From Podarcis liolepis (lineage: Eukaryota), in NCBI GenBank assembly GCA_965112155.1, contig OZ218115.1: DNA of 64,000 nucleotides. The stretch is one strand, 5' to 3'. The notes beneath the pieces are model-generated. The model was not told the DNA's origin and ran no database searches. It was given only the letters and a program-made list of their open reading frames with translations. Positions 1 to 14,318 of the stretch are shown piece by piece; positions within the stretch are counted from its first letter, which is position 1; each line of letters starts with the position of its first letter. The position numbers and the translations under genes were made by a program.

Positions 1-1061
1 TTTGGCTTCAAGTAACATGCATCTGACAGTGGTAATGGATTCTTGGCAAAAGCACTGAAACATCAGGTAGCTCCACATCCTGCCAAGTTTAGGGCATCAT
101 TGCAAAAACAAACAAAACAAGGGATCATTACTCGGACCATCATAAACATTTAAATATCAATCATATCTACTTAAGCCTCCTTTGCTGTAACACTGTAATA
201 CCGGCACCAAGCAGCCCTGTGAGAGGTCAGGGAAGCTAATGATCAACCTTTTTATGTCCCAAGGGTTATGGAGATCCATTTAAAAGTGGCATGGTGCAGG
301 GAGGGAGGGAGAGAGAGTACTAATATTTAGCATTAATCCAGTGAACTAGGCTAATATTATTACCATTCTCTAGGGATGCACTAATCTGTCAAATTCGGTT
401 TCTCTCCGTTTCTAATTTTTCCAGTTCACTTCTCCAAATTTCAGTGTTCAGTCTTTCCCAGTAAAAAAACCCCATGAAAAATCCATAAGCATGATTAATG
501 TGATTTGTTCACTAATACAAGCATTTTTATACATGTTATTTTAGTAGGAGAACAGTGTCACAAAAGGGGTGAAGGATGTGATTTGGTTTGCATATTTGCT
601 TTGGAACTGTGAATTAGGTAGGTTTGCATTTAAATCTGAACAAGGAAATCTAATTCTATGGACACAGGGGCACTGGTTTCTAAGGGTCGAGCCCTTTTTT
701 GGGGGGCCCTATATTTTCCTATATGTTGTCCCAAAAGTGCAAAGCCAAAGTAGGGTTCACATGGTGGAACTGAGAGAACAAAGTGTTTGGTAATCCTTCC
801 CCCCAATGTGAAGGGATGTGACCTAGCTAAGTCTGGCGGGCAGCTTACTCTGTGGTCTTAACCCCTTATTACATAAGTTAGAGTTAAGCATGTCGGTTAT
901 ATGAGGGTGATGTATCCCACAAATTTATGAGCTAAGTAACAGCTGGACTATCTTTCTCCATTTGTTTTTTATCTCTTCACAATGTGAACATACACCCATC
1001 TCCACCATTTTTCTCCTTTTTCTTTCACCCAAGTTTGCATTATTTTGTTTTATTGTAATCA

Positions 1062-1062
1062 G

Positions 1063-1125
<63 letters not shown>
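1062..1125. repeat. Compound microsatellite (GT)n(GA)n
   Basis: Directly visible dinucleotide runs. Confidence 0.95.
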
Positions 1126-1129
<4 letters not shown>

Positions 1130-1235
1130 TAAAAATTAACAAGGAAGAGGCAGGAGAGCAATGGGAGGTGTTCATGTTGATTTTTAATTGTGTTCTAATG
1201 GTTCCTTTTTATTTCCTACATTGTATTTTATTGTA

Positions 1236-1477
1236 CAGTGGTACCTCGGGTTACATACGCTTCAGGTTACAGACACTTCAGGTTACAGACCCCGCTAACC
1301 CAGAAATAGTACCTCAGGTTAAGAACTTTGCTTCAGGATGAGAACAGAAATCGTGCTCTGGCAGCGCGGCGGCAGCGGGAGGTCCCATTACCTAAAGTGG
1401 TACCTCAGGTTAAGAACAGTTTCAGTTTAAGAACAGACCTCCAGAACGAATTAAGTTCTTAACCCAAGGTATCACTG
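1236..1477. mobile_element. Tc1/mariner-superfamily (pogo/Tigger-like) MITE
   Basis: TA|CAGTGGTACCTCGGGTT ... AACCCAAGGTATCACTG imperfect TIRs; same family at 16147, 33518 and 41910. Confidence 0.85.
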
Positions 1478-2821
1478 CATTACAGTTTGAATTCTATGGA
1501 ATACAGTAGCATATAATAAAATAAAAGAAGAAAGAAAAATACAATTAAAAATCATACGGCACCCAGCACAGCTGGCCCAGACTACCCCAAACTTTCGGTA
1601 TCAAGAGCATTACTTTTTGGTGCAGTATTGATCTGCACATAGGAAATGTTATATAAACCAGAATAGCTCTGTAGACTTCTGCCACTCTTGACATTACACC
1701 AGCTCCACAGTGAAGCAGCACCCATTGCAGTTCTAGAAAAATCAAGATGTGCTTTATGTTTCCAGGATGCACACAAGGCCAATATTCTTGTACTAAATTA
1801 GGTTATAGATAATTAAATAGCAGCTAACGTATATGTGCCTGGGAGACGGTTCTTAAACATCCCGAAAAGCAATGATTTGGGAGAGCTTAATGTTTTGGGG
1901 GCACGAGAGGGAGAGAAATTAGAAACATTTTACAGAGATATGAAAGGCACTTACATCCATTCACGTCACTTATCATCTCCCCTGAGCTTTAACAAGAAGC
2001 AAGGTTAACATTTGGTCATTGTTGTTGTTTTTAATGCAATTTGCCTCATTACATTACCCTGTTAAAATTAGATTCTTATAGCCTCCTTAGTGTGCAGCCC
2101 ACTTAAGGGTTTTCTGTGGGCTTGGAAAGTAAAGGTGATATTAAGGGGAATCGCCAATCAGTATAATTATCCTAAATAATAGGGAAACAACTCATGCAAG
2201 TGATGATCTTTTACTCTGCTCCCTCTTAAATACAGTTCTGGCATTTATCTGCTCATGTTAGGAAAAATAGCTGCAGCTGCTCTGTAGAAGTTGGGCTTGT
2301 TTATTTCTCTTTTTCTGTTAATAGCGTCTTCCCAAGGTATGTGGAGACCACAGGTCAGAGGCAAAGCAGATTATGTTTAATACAATATTTCCCCCCCTAC
2401 ACATTTTATTACTTAAGCTGAGAGTTTTATATAAGAAGAATGTCCCTGGCATTTTCAGAGGCCAAGATAGGGGAAGCAGGACCCTGGTTCAGTCCCTGGC
2501 ATCTTCATGCATTATTCAATATGTGTTGACCCAGTTTGGGAAAGCAATGGGATTTATGTTAGTGAAAGGGGATGAGATAGGAATGACTAACCGTAGCCGG
2601 ATTTGCAGCTTTATGTACATTGCCTGAGCAAAATATGGCATTCCCTGCTTAGTCTGTCCATTTCTGTGAACACCATGCTTCATCCATTCATGTGGGCGTG
2701 CAAAGTCTGTGGTTTTATGTACATTCTCACACCCTTTGATGTTCACGGCAAGCCATCCTACTGCCCTCTTCTTCTGCCTAGAACACTGAAAGCACCTAAG
2801 TTGGCTTTCAACTCTTAAGTG

Positions 2822-3429
2822 CAGTGCTTTTTTCCTTTTAAAAAAATGTTTAGGGGTACTCTCATTTCCCGTTGTTGTTTAGTCATTTAGTCGTGTCCGA
2901 CTCTTCATGACTCCATGGACCAGAGCACGCCAGGCACTTCTGTCTTCCACTGCCTCCTGCAGTTTGGTCAAACTTATGCTGGTAGCTTCGAGAACACTAT
3001 CCAACCATCTCATCCTCTGTCGTCCCCTTCTCCTTGTGCCCTCCATCTTTCCCAACATCAGGGTCGTTTCCAGGGAGTCTTCTCTTCTCATCAGGTGGCC
3101 AAAGTATTGGAGCCTCAGCTTCAGGATCTGTCCTTCCAGTGAGCACTCAGGGCTGATTTCCTTCAGAATGGAGAGGTTTGATCTTCTTGCAGTCCATGGG
3201 ACTCTCAAGAGTCTCCTCCAGCACCATAATTCAAAAGCATCAGTTCTTCGGCAATCAGCCTTCTTTATGGTCCATCTTTCACCTCCATACATCACTACTG
3301 GGAAAACATCACTTCCATACTCATTTCCCTACTCATATTGAAATACTGCCCCTCAATGAGACCAAACTTAGATTAACAAAATGTTTAGGCGTATGCGTAC
3401 TCCTGCGTCCCCCCAGAAAAAAAGCACTG
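2822..3429. mobile_element. Non-autonomous hAT MITE interrupted by a BovB fragment
   Basis: TIRs CAGTGCTTTTTT / AAAAAAGCACTG; 8-bp TSD CTTAAGTG (2814-2821) vs CTTAAGTA (3430-3437). Confidence 0.8.
2871..3319 (-). mobile_element. 5'-truncated BovB (RTE-clade LINE) 3' end
   Basis: ORF 2879-3295 gives the BovB C-terminus (DAFELWCWRRLLRVPWTARRSN...LKLRLQYFGHLMRR); (CAA)n tail; 10-bp TSD CTCATTTCCC at 2861-2870 and 3320-3329. Confidence 0.93.
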
Positions 3430-6400
3430 CTTAAGTAGAAAGAAAAACCCTCAACAGAGGCAGCCACACACAGCACTACTTCTTCACCAGGGCACAGTGA
3501 TGCACTTCTTAGGCTTTTGTCAGACTCCAACAGCACAGTGAGATTTGGGGATCCTTTATCAGAGGGACCGAACAACTGCTCAGGGCCTACTTTCATAATA
3601 ATAGCACTGCAGTTCAATGCCTTCTGCAGGTGAACGATGATAAGTGCTTTTTATTTGTCTTTGTTCTGCTGCCTGTCAGTTTTACTTGTGTGTCCCCTAC
3701 CTCTTGTATTATGAGAAAATATAACTTAAGTTTTCCCTGGTTGCCATTTCTACATCATCCATATGGTTCATAAAATGCATACCCTATCACATATATAAAA
3801 AAGATATAGCTATACAGCAGTGCTTACGACTGAACCGGGAATAAAATGGATTATTATTCTGTGTAAATGTGAGTATTGTAAACTGACCTAGACCCTAGAG
3901 TTCTCCTCTTTCTTTCTTTCTTTTCAGTGGCTGGAATTTTAATGGGTGGAGGATAATGCACTAACAGGAAGGGAAATGAAAAGGGAAAGTATTTGTAAGG
4001 TACAGGAAATTCGTTTTTTGCTGTCATTTATTTGCTTAAGGGACCGTTAGGGTTGAGTTGGCATTTCCTCAAAGACTCTTTTATGTACAGAGAAAGTGTC
4101 GAAATACATTTACAGCAAGGACGGCTCTTGCTTTTAGATTGCAAGCCATTTGTAACCCCTGGGTTTAGTAATTGCTGTTGATAAAAGGAGGTATCAAGGT
4201 AAACAGAGATCATCACCACAGCAGCAGCATCCACACTGCTGCAATTGAGCTGGTGGCAAGCTCTCCCTGTTCAGGGTTGACTACCTGACCTATAGGAGCG
4301 ATGCAGCAGCTGAAACACTCAGTATATTGAAATGCTTGCCCCCGTGTATCATAATCTGAGAAAAAAATTGAATTGTGTAACCAGGAGAGAGGGATATTTT
4401 TCAAGATCACTGGCAGTCATGCATAAGCCTCTTTCTATTGGGGCTATTTAGAACTGGGTTATTTCTACTGCATATAATTGAGTTGTTAATTCTAGTTTCA
4501 TCGTAACTTGGATGCAATTTGATTATTTTGTTTTAATTCTTCACTGCCTTCAATATCCCTGCATTCATTCATTTACACAGAAAGGCGGTCTGCAAATAAA
4601 ACTACATTTTTAAATGTTGTAAATGTATTTAAATAGTCCAGAAGGGAGCCATTCTCCAGTCCTGGGGCCTGAAATGCAGCAGGCAGAAGATAAGAATAGA
4701 AGGCAAGGCTTGTCGTTTTTATATAATGTGGCCAATTTCAGAGTCTTGTAACCCACCTGGATTCACCAAAAGACCCATCTGGTCTTGTTTCCTGCTTCCT
4801 GCAGCAGGTGCATCGAAAAAGCCCATAACTAGGGCAGAAAGGATGCAGTTATTTCTCAGTAGCTGGTAATTCAGAAGCAGAGAGTCTCTGATTCCATCTG
4901 ATATGCAAATATTGAACCCATTCTCCAAGTGTGGATCCTTATGTAGTCAGCAGGCACAAACAAATTTTGCAGAAATTGCATTCTCACAGGGCACAGCATG
5001 ATGGCTGACATTTGGGAATGTGGGGAAAAGAATGCAATGGAGAATTCTGGAAGAAGACATGGCTGTCCTCAGACGCTTTACGTTTCCATCATAGGGAAGG
5101 TGCTCCAAAACTGATAATTTTAGCTGCAACCCTGCCCCTTTGTTTGTTTGTTTGTTTTCCTCCTCTTCTAGCTCTACAGCAACTTTTCCCCTTCGCCTGC
5201 CAATTGCAGAGTCTGATGCTGCATTTTCTTGTTCCATTCTGGGGCCGAAGAATATGTACATGTGATACCAAGCTTGGCCCTAGCTTTAGGTTCTTACCAG
5301 TATTTAAGGTACAAAATAGGTGTATCAGCCATTACTAGCAAAATGTAAATTTATTGTATAGGAGAGGCAGGTAAAGAGGCCCTGGAAAGAGCTCCTGGTC
5401 CTATAACCACAAGAGCTGTCTTTAAACACCTGTGCACACTTGTCTTTCATACTTTCCACGTTTCGTGCAGGAAACAAAAGTGTACACAGTTTATGCAGCA
5501 ATTTCCCACTTATAGAGGATGCCCTCTGGCTATCCTGCATTACTGCACTGCCAACACCAGGTGGTGCTATATAAAGCTATTATGTCACCACAGCCCACAC
5601 ACCACTGTGCCATAGAGCCCCTTGGTTTTTGGAACAGTATTTTAATCTGGTAACCCAACTGAGGCTGGATTTCTAACCCCACGTACCTGGAAGTAAGCCC
5701 CATTGAGTTCTACAGCACTAACTTCTCTGTAGGTGTGGTTGGGACTGCATCCTAATAACTTAGAAATGAAAACAAACAAAACAAAAAAAATGTGTGCAGT
5801 TTTATGTACTGGCATTAAGTTCTGTGTCACGGCAAGTTTAGGATCATTTTTTGCACAGAATTCTAGATCCCATAGCTATAAGCTGCTCCATGAGTGCAGA
5901 CAAAGGACAAGTACTTATTATACTCTGCAGTGTTTAACCAGTTGGGGAAATTGCAATGTGATCGAATTAAAATATATTCCTGTAATAATGAAACATGTGC
6001 CTCACTTTGGGCAAACATCTGTCTTTGTCTTAGGCTGGAACTATACATTATGCTCTCACTCTATTATGCCGTTTGCTGCTATTTGCCGGGGGGAACTTGG
6101 AGAGCACTGAAGCCATGTCAGTTTTTGAATGACCAGATATTACTGGGGAGATGGTGGAAATGAGATGCAGCGCTGCTGTTTTTTTTAAAAAAAAGCAGCC
6201 AAGAATCGTCCACAGTGTCTAGTTCAAGGTGATATATACTATCTGTTGCCTCACTGGCAATGTTTAAAATAGACATGCTACAAATCCCGCTAAAGATTGC
6301 GTCTTGCGATCCTAACCTCTCACCCCCATTGAATCCAACTTTCTTCTGAGTAGATATGGTTAGGATAAGGCTATCAGATTTTTTTTTTAATGAATCTGGG

Positions 6401-9400
6401 GACACTTTTCAACTTCAATGGATTTTGTATGGGGACTGATTTGTAAATCCAGGGACCGTCCGTCTGGTAACGTTAGGTTAGGATTGCATTGTGGCTGACT
6501 GCAAAGTTAGTTTTGTTTGTTTAGATAATAGTAAAAGAAAACCAGTTCCAAATAGAGTTCCATATAGATTCCCCCTCAAGTAGGTGTTAGTTTTAAAATA
6601 TTTATATATAGAAGTGGAAAGTTCATTATTCCTTACGAGTATTGCACAGGTCAACAAGTCTAACGCTGAGTGACTCTCAGTGCGCGAGTGTCAATCTAGT
6701 TCAAAGTACTGTAGGGAATTTGTCGTAAAGTATTCCACTGCGGTGTGAATAGATTAATTACTTAAGCAGAGATTCCCTCTTCACTTCAATTATATCATAG
6801 TGGAACACTTTGTACATCCAGTGTGTATTCAGTGACATGAGCCTGGCTGCTTTCTTACTCTTGAACGACCCTCCAATAAGGATCCACCCGACCACAGATT
6901 TCAGTGGCTGAAATCGTATCTAGAACTCTGCAATCCATATTGGATCTTACAGCATGGTCATTTCAAGAGGGGCTCACAGCCGTGCAGCCAGCCTGCAGCC
7001 AGCCTGCCCAAGATGGACCCCAGTCTTTCTTCCTCCTCCCTCTTCCCAGGACACCCTGCTAAAAACTCTTTTCCTGTCACCTCACACCCAGTTACCCTGG
7101 CAACCTTCCAAACTCCCAGCCTCTGTTCACACCTCAGGACAAGGGGGAGGACAGTTCTGTTGCATTGCCAATGGCTCTCATTGTTGCTGTATTGTTTCTT
7201 AATGGCACTAGCTTGGCCAGGCTGTTTTGCATAGGCTAGCTCAAAAATTCCTCTGCAGCTTGTATTTCTCCCTTCACATCTCAAATAATCAAAATCCTAC
7301 CATTTATTAATTTCTAGGATTTAGAAGGCCCACACCCCAAATCTATAACAATATATTTGTTGTGTAATTTCATTTCTGATAAAATTCCGATGATTAGGGG
7401 TAGAGTGGACTTGTCTATGAAGTAAGCTGATTATGCAGAATATGTTGCTGGTGATTATATATAAATTAATGAATAAAATATGTGTACCGTCCCTTAAAAA
7501 GAAAGCCACCGTAATTTGCTTTTGATGCTGTTGGAACACATTATATCACATGTCTACTAAGAAGTTAGCACCACTGAGTTCATTGTGACTTACTCCCAGG
7601 CAAGCATGCAGAGGACTGCATTTGAAGGCTGCAATTCTGTTTACTCACTTAGCTGGAAGGACGGAAGCCCCATTGAACTCAGTGGGCCCTGCTGCTGAGA
7701 ATGGGATTGCACCAAATGCCCTGGCGCTAAAGAATCTCAAAAATCCATTACCTGAAGATTATCAAGAGCCTGCTGTCTCCTTTTGGCTCTTTCACCTTCA
7801 TCGCTGCTCGTTCTACGATAAGAGCTTGTTCAGAGCTTTCTCTGACAGTGACTGAATCTCTTTCTTTTCAAAATAAAATTACTATACATCTCTATTATTA
7901 GGACTAATGTTGTGCATCTGGTTTTGGCACGTTAAGATTTATAAGAGTTCCCCCCTGTTGAAATAAACATTTGGTTTAAAAAAATATATTCTCAAAAACA
8001 TTATTAAGAGCCTTTGCATCAGAGGCAAAACATGCATTAGCCAGAAATCTTCTATCCCAGAAGGAGAAGGAGGAGAAGGAGTACTTTGCTGGGTCAAACC
8101 AAGTGTTCATCTAGTCAGCATCAGATTTCTGACCATGACCAGCCATGTCTGACCGTGCTGAATTAATAGCTTTTTAAAAAGGTTTGTTTCATTCCATTCT
8201 TTTCATCCCCCTGCAGAAGGAAATAAACATCAGTTGGACATGATAATGTACATTTTCTTTTACCACTTTATGGATATGCTTAGTGTCCAAAAATGTCCCC
8301 TTTATTTAATCAATAACCTTATCAACCCAAATTATCATAGAAATACACGAACATTTCCATCAATGTCTACCAAACATGCAGGTGACAGAGTAGGACCAAA
8401 GAACAGAGGATGGGGGGGGTCCCATTCCATAAAGACACATCTTTCAAATTTTACACCATCCCAACTCTTGTTTCCTGCTGTAATTTTGTCTTAAACAATG
8501 CATATTGGAAGGTGTCCCACTTCAGTAGCTTGTCCCTTGCAGTAGGTACTTACTGTTCCTGACATCCTTGTACCATTAAGTCCACCACTTAAGTCCACTG
8601 TCGATGGGGTACAGCTGCTGTTTTGCAGCCTTTGTTCCCTACAAGACCGTACATTGTTCTTCCCCGGGGCTCATGAGTGCGTGGGCATCAGCCAAAGCTT
8701 TCTGGCTTGCAAAGCTTAGGAGCCATCAAGTGAAGCGCACACCACCAGTTGTGTATTTAGACATGTGAGGTGCTGGGTAGCTTTCCTGCTTCTGCATAAC
8801 CAGTCAATCTGCAGAAACAGGCAGCTTACTGAGCCCATGGTACTATGCCATGCGTGGCTGGTCCGCTGCATTTGGCTGGGCCAGTCACAACAAGTGGTGC
8901 ACATCTCTGGAAGTCTGTTTCCGCCTTGTACGAGAAATTTACAAACCCTAAAGGTGATCAGCAAGAGCCATGGCATCCCATTTTTTATTCTCAAATAGTG
9001 TGTGCCAAGCTCCGCTGTGAGCATTTACGAGAAGAGAAGCAATGGAACGGCGCACTCCCGGCAAACCACTGTGTGGCATGCCTGCCAAGCACTCAGAAGC
9101 GCAGAGTGAGGGAGGAAAGTTGGCCCTTCATTTGCTACAAAGAAGGCTTTAAATGCCGGTGAAGTACATGGCAAGTTGCTTAATAAGCCTATTCGCTCCA
9201 CTTAACACTGTAAAGGCAAATGGGCTTTGTGGGAGCCCCTGTACATTGGATCTGCACTGTAGTGTCTGCTAAGAAAAACAAATAAATTGAAATTCACTGA
9301 GGGGGAAAAACAAACCCACATGAGGTGTTCGAAATTATACAGTGATGCCTATTGTTCCGAAACAACAAGTGGTCTATCTTCCTAGCAGTAGGTACTGCGC

Positions 9401-9747
9401 CAGATTCTCTCATTTACATCCCCACAACCTCATTCAGTCCAACTGGCGCCTAAGCAGGCAAAGACACAGTCTTTCAGGGAGGATGAAAATCTACAGGGAT
9501 GATGGAAATCTACAGTACTGAAATTCTAGCAGAGCCTATTCTGGTTGATTCTGGTTAGGTGTGGTCATATGCAATGCAGCTGTGAGCCAACAGTTTTCAA
9601 CAATGACCCATTTTCCTCACTGGGGCCAGCATTTGTCTGTATGTCACAGGAAGTTCCCCTGATCACAGCGCCTCTGTGATGCCAATGATTCGAGTGTTGC
9701 TTGTGGGTATTGACATGCGCTGGAGGTAGAGGAAAGAGACACTCCTT

Positions 9748-10053
9748 GGTCGGTGGTTCGAATCCCCGCGACAGGGTGAGCTCCCGTTGCTCAGCCCCTG
9801 CTCCTGCCAACCTAGCAGTTTGAAAGCACCCCTAAGTGCAAGTAGATAAATAGGTACCGCTTTATAGCGGGAAGGTAAACGGCGTTTCCGTGTGCTGCGC
9901 TGGTGCTGGCTCGCCAGAGCAGCTTCGTCACGCTGGCCACATGACCCGGAAGTGTCTTCGGACAGCGCTGGCTCCCGGCCTCTTAAGCGAGATGAGCACA
10001 CAACCCCAGAGTCGGTCACGACAGGCCCATACAGGCAAGGGTACCTTTACCTT
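9748..10053 (+). mobile_element. Sauria SINE (5'-truncated)
   Basis: B-box GGTTCGAATCC, body CCTGCTCCTGCCAACCTAGCAGTT, (ACCTTT)n tail; related copies elsewhere in the window. Confidence 0.88.
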
Positions 10054-13000
10054 TATTGATACAAATTGAGAAATATGTACTATGATTCAGTGGAAATAGA
10101 AATGTAGAGTTGTAGAATTGTAGAGTTAGAAGGGACCCAACCCTCTGCAATGCAGGAATGCAAAGTCCCTGACAGATGGCTGTCCATCATCTACTTAAAA
10201 ACCTCCAATGAAGGAGATTGCATCTCACCATAGCAGGGAAGCCTATGACCAGGTAACCTGTGTACCTTCTGCTGCCTGGGTACTGATTGTTGATCAGCGG
10301 CTTCAAAGCCCACTGTTCTCCTTTCTTTTGTTCTTCCATCTTTCATTTGGGCTTAGGTCAGATAGCCTTTCAAATAGAGCAGTGGTTAGGGATTATGGGA
10401 GTCGTAGTCCACAAAATAGTGAGGATCCCATGCTTGGCTACCCCTGAAATAGAGGGTCACCCTCTGTAAAGTAGGACACATGGCCACTCTAGAAGGAGGC
10501 CAAGGTGAGGGTCCAGTATGTGCAGGAAGGCAGTCAATGCCAGGTAAATGTGGAAGAAACAGGCAGTTGAACTGGTGAGATCAGTGGAGTTGAGAAGAAA
10601 TCTGTAGGGCGCACAATAAGTACTGTGGCTTGTTTTGATGAGTCCAGTAGAGGAACAGTGACTCCAATGAGTTTGGTTCCAGCTCAGATTCAGGACCAAG
10701 TCTCTTCTGCCAACAGGTCTTGAGGAAAGGCTGTTTTAAGCAATAGGCTCACTTTGCGTGCTACTACAGAACTCTGGCCACAAACAGGAGCTGCAAGATG
10801 TCCAGCCGGACTATCAAGAATAATTTGCTTTTCTGCATTTGTTTCAGTATTAGTATCCTCCACAACCCTTTGGGCAAATATTTCCTTTTCTTCTTATTAT
10901 CACCCCAAAGGAATGGTCCTCCTCCTCCTCCATGGACTCCATGATCTCTGCTGAAGACAGGATGGTTTTTAACTTTGAACCAGAGATGCTCCTGTTCTTA
11001 TGTTCTCATCCCTTTAATACCTTCTTGTCTTCGATTCCCAAGACCTTCCTCTCTTCCATTTCCTCTGCTTCCTCATTTTCAGGTTGAAAAGATTACATGG
11101 GAGCCTGAATACTGAAATCATAATAAAAGCGGTCGCCAAGTTAATTGTAGAGAAAAACACTTTGTGCATTCTGAATATAGAATTAGGACTCTCTACATCT
11201 CCTTTAAAAAAAAATAATCACAGCCACTGGGCTATGCTTCTTTGTCATTGGCTGCTCCCATTTCTTCCCTCTGTCTAACGCAGAGGGAATCCCTAAGAGA
11301 ATGCTGTCTAGGACAATGTGGCAACTTGACCTTGGTGGATTTCTCTTTTCTCTGTTTAAAGCGCTCTCCAGAGGGTGGGGAGAGGGCTTGCACATATTGT
11401 AGTTGGCAGGGAACTCAAGCAGAACATACTCATTGACATGGATATCATTAAGGCCTGTGGGAGTTTGATCCGCTTGGTCTCAGATCATCAGAGATGCATG
11501 GAGTTTCCTCTGCAGGAAAGGATGTGGAAGTGCTAAGCCTGAGGCTGCGATGCTGTGGAACTGGGAGAAAACTGGAGCAGGGGATAAGATGCAACCCATT
11601 CCCCAACCTGCAAAGCATTGGTGACGATAAAGCGTTGCTCCGTTTCAGAATAGGGGTGGAGGAGAAATCCAAGGGCATTAGTATAAACTGGAAGAGGCAG
11701 GAAGAGCAGCAGAAACATGCCCAGTATTTGGCCTTATATGAAACTAAGAGTTGATTTGGAGTGGGGATCCTTCAAGCTTTCTAACTTTGAAAGTAGATTT
11801 TTAAATCAGAAAAGTCAGTAAAAGAAACAGGAGAAATCCCAAAGTCAAACAACAGTCTTTTCCACCTGCTTTTCCTGTTTCTCAGTGCATTATTGTATAA
11901 GCCCACCATGGGTGATGGTGACTGCAGAGGTTTGAAGTGATGCATTGCAGGTGAACTGGAAGAGGATAAAGCTCAAAAGTAAACAAAGTTGTAGAAGCGC
12001 TTAAAGGACACATTTTGATGTAAAGAGTAATGTGCCCTTCAGAGGCAGCTCTGAATCTATCAGCATAAAAAGACACATTGCTCTTCTTTCCATTTCAATC
12101 TCCTCACTCCTTGTTATTGGCTCAAGAGAAACATCTGCTTGAAAAGTTAAAATTTGGCTAAACGTTTTATGGTGCTCCAAAGGTAGCAACATATGCTGAA
12201 CTGGCATGTAAGACATGAGACATCCTTTTCATTTTTGGCTTATCTTAGAAAGGGCACCTGTTTCCTTTTTCTTTGAATTTGCTTTTCAAGGCCCTTCCCC
12301 TTAATTTGTTCTCTTCCCCATTGTCAAAGCATTTGCGTAGGAACGAAGACCTTTTTCTCTTTTCCTTTCTATCCCTCTCTTTTCCTTTTGAAGCAAGTTC
12401 TTTAATCTTGAGTAAAACTTTGCTTTCGTGTGTGCTTAGGATTTCAGTCATATTCTTATCCTTACTGAGCTTCCAGATAAGGCATGATCTAGTCTCCTTC
12501 CAGATAAACATTTGCATGGAGATGTTCAGTTGCACTGTTGTTACATGCTGCCTTGTCTAGTTGATGAAAATTGACAATAAACAAAATCCTTCTGCCTTAA
12601 TCCAGAATTCTTGTACCTTAAATGGCACTGATGTGCAGTTCTGTTGAGCTGGTCTGAGCTTTGTACTTCCCAGTTTAAAAATGAAAGCTCTTGGCAAAAA
12701 ACATTTTCAGAAAGTCATCTTTTTCCTGACTGTTGCATCCCCCACCTTCCCCACGTGTGTTGGAATACTAGTAAAAAAGAGACTTCATTGCTCTAGCAGG
12801 GTGTTAAGTATTAAGTTGTGGGTGAACATATCAGACGACACAGCGATTCTCCAAACAACTCTTGTTTATTCATAGGTCAGAACAGAACTGAACTGAAGGG
12901 TTCAGCCAGCCTGCTTATATAGAGCTCCAGTACAACGTAACTGTAACAACTTTCTGTAGCTATCCAATCACTGAACGTCACTTTCAATCCCTTATTTGCA

Positions 13001-13299
13001 TATGTGGACCTGAACTATCTACAGCAGTGTTTCCCAACCTTTTTTGGGCAAAGGCACACTTGTTTCATGAAAAAAATCTCGAGGCACACCACCATTACAG
13101 CCCCGTGACGTCAGCGCGCAGCGTCACGCCGGGAGGGACATGAATTGCTAGCAAATTACATAATCACCTCCTTGAGGGCTGGCTCATCTTCTCTGAAGGC
13201 AGAACCCCATTAATTAACAGCACAGACTCACACCATAGCCAAGACGAGGGGGGAAAACCTCAGTCATGCACAGTCATGCACATGTGGGGGCTAAATGAG

Positions 13300-14318
13300 G
13301 ACGAAGACCGGGCAGAGAGCAGGGTTCAAATCACCCCACCTGGCCAGGACAATCCCTGGGTGCTCCCTTGGGCCACTCGCCTGACCCACCTCGCAGGGCT
13401 GTTGTTGCGAGGATAACACGGGGAGAACCACGCGCGCCCCCGGGAACTCCTTGGAGGAGAAAGCGGGCGATGAATGCAATGCACGAAATATATGAGAGGC
13501 GACCAGGTTTTGCAGGTGAGGGGCCCCCGCCAGCCTCCGCTTCCAACACCCGGCGCAACGACGCCGAAGTTTCCCCCCGGGCTCGGCTCGGGGAGCAGCG
13601 CTGCTCCCCCCCACGGCTCCCCTTCGCCCTCCCGGCTCTCTCTGCCGCCCACTGGGGACCCCCCTCACCTGCCAAGTCCGGAGCGCCGGTGGAAGTTGCA
13701 TGCATGCATGCAGGGCGCCGCGTTGCCATTGCATTGCACTGCACTCCATGCAACGCCTGCACGCATGCATTGCCTTGCACGCCCGCCAAGGGGTCTCCCC
13801 GCGGTCCGATGCGTCCCCTCCGGCGTGGATGCAGCATTGCAAAAATAAAAAACCCCCGACGCAGCCCTACCTGGGGGGCAGCCTCCGCCTCCGCCGCTCC
13901 GCCTCCGCGGGGATCCCCGGGCTCCATCCTGCCGCCCGATCTCCGCGGGGGCGCAGGCAGGCTGCGTGGGGTCTGCGCGGAAGAGCCCCTGCCCGCCCGG
14001 CCGCCGCCGCTGCGCTCATTCCATGGCCGGGAGAAGAGCGCTTCAAACAAAACGCCCGTCCCGCCAGGCCACGCTGGGAAACGTAGTTTGCGCACCCCGT
14101 GCGGGCGCGGAGCCCAAGGGCGAGGGGACTACGGATCCCGGCAGCCCCCGCGCCGGGGACGGAGGGGGAGAGGCCGGGTGCAGGGATGGAGGGACGGGTG
14201 AGCGAGCGAGTGAGTGAGTGGCAGCCACCAAGCCTTGGCCGAGAGCCAGGAAGGGCCTCCCCGGAGGAGGAGGAGGAGGGAGGCGCAGAGCGGGAAGGAG
14301 GGAGGGAACCCCAGGGGT
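13300..14318. promoter_or_regulatory. CpG-island-like, promoter-like segment carried inside the hAT element
   Basis: Very high GC and CpG density against AT-rich flanks; two divergent ZNF143/SBS-like motifs (ACTACGTTTCCCAGCGTGGCC on minus, 14067-14088; ACTACGGATCCCGGCAGCCCCCGC on plus, from 14128); TGCGCA at 14089; GC-box-like sequence. Confidence 0.6.
13871..13927 (-). pseudogene. Putative captured first coding exon (MEPGDPRGGGAAEAEAAPQ) followed by a splice donor
   Basis: Strong Kozak AGGATGG, 19 codons, then CAG|GTAGGG donor; ~140 bp downstream of a ZNF143-like motif. Parent gene not identified. Confidence 0.45.

Noticed and set aside
2907-3341. Plus-strand ORFs of 144 aa here and 180 aa at 61581-62123
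   Set aside because: Antisense shadow frames of BovB coding sequence.
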